NCBI GenBank assembly: GCA_028534125.1
Contig: CM052816.1
Coordinates: 77,564,001-77,628,000, forward strand
Length of the DNA: 64,000 nucleotides
Source of the DNA: Lama glama
Taxonomy: Eukaryota
Direction of reading: 5' to 3'
The stretch's first letter is position 1. Each line of letters starts with the position of its first letter. Both the position numbers and the translations under genes were made by a program. The notes under the pieces are model-generated. The model worked only from the letters and a program-made list of their open reading frames with translations. It was not told the origin of the DNA and ran no database searches. Positions 63,783 to 64,000 of this stretch are shown piece after piece.

Positions 63783-64000
63783 CATCATGTTTAAAGAGAG
63801 ATTGTTGAATTAGATGCTTTCTAAGGCCTCTGTAGCTCTGAAATTCTTTGGCATCTTAAAGGAACATTTAAAAGCATGTTATAAAATATTCAAGACCTAC
63901 AAAATGATATAAAGAAGAGTACAATGAATATGCACTCAGCTTAAGAAATAAAAGTTACCAGAAGAGTAGATAACTTTCTGTGTATCCTTCCCCTGAGATT

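Noticed and set aside
1..64000. CRISPR arrays, operons or a novel multi-gene system
   Set aside because: The sequence is mammalian intronic and intergenic DNA; no repeat-spacer array or additional credible genes were seen.

Overview
Mammalian nuclear DNA, very probably camelid (camel/alpaca/llama), judged from three tRNA-Ala-derived Vic-1-type SINEs and cetartiodactyl-type L1 3' ends. The only protein-coding sequence I can support is the first coding exon of EGFLAM (pikachurin) on the minus strand (ATG at 9447, 97 coding nt, phase-1 GT donor at 9350), inside a CpG-island promoter (~9.1-10.9 kb). Positions 1-9350 are EGFLAM intron 1. About 53 kb upstream is a repeat-rich gene desert (MIR, L2, CR1, L1, MLT1 and ERV LTRs, hAT and mariner MITEs, microsatellites); in human this interval lies between EGFLAM and GDNF. 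I found no novel protein-coding system. The most notable unexplained structure is regulatory: a divergent cluster of strong CTCF motifs (reverse at ~46.2-46.4 kb, forward at ~55.8 and ~59.0 kb) resembling a chromatin-domain boundary, two orphan CpG islands, a perfect NF-kB site and CRX/OTX sites in the promoter, and nuclear-receptor repeat clusters. There is also a signal-peptide cleavage-site substitution and an atypical tail-less L1 insertion. Repeat subfamily names and boundaries are from visual recognition and are approximate.
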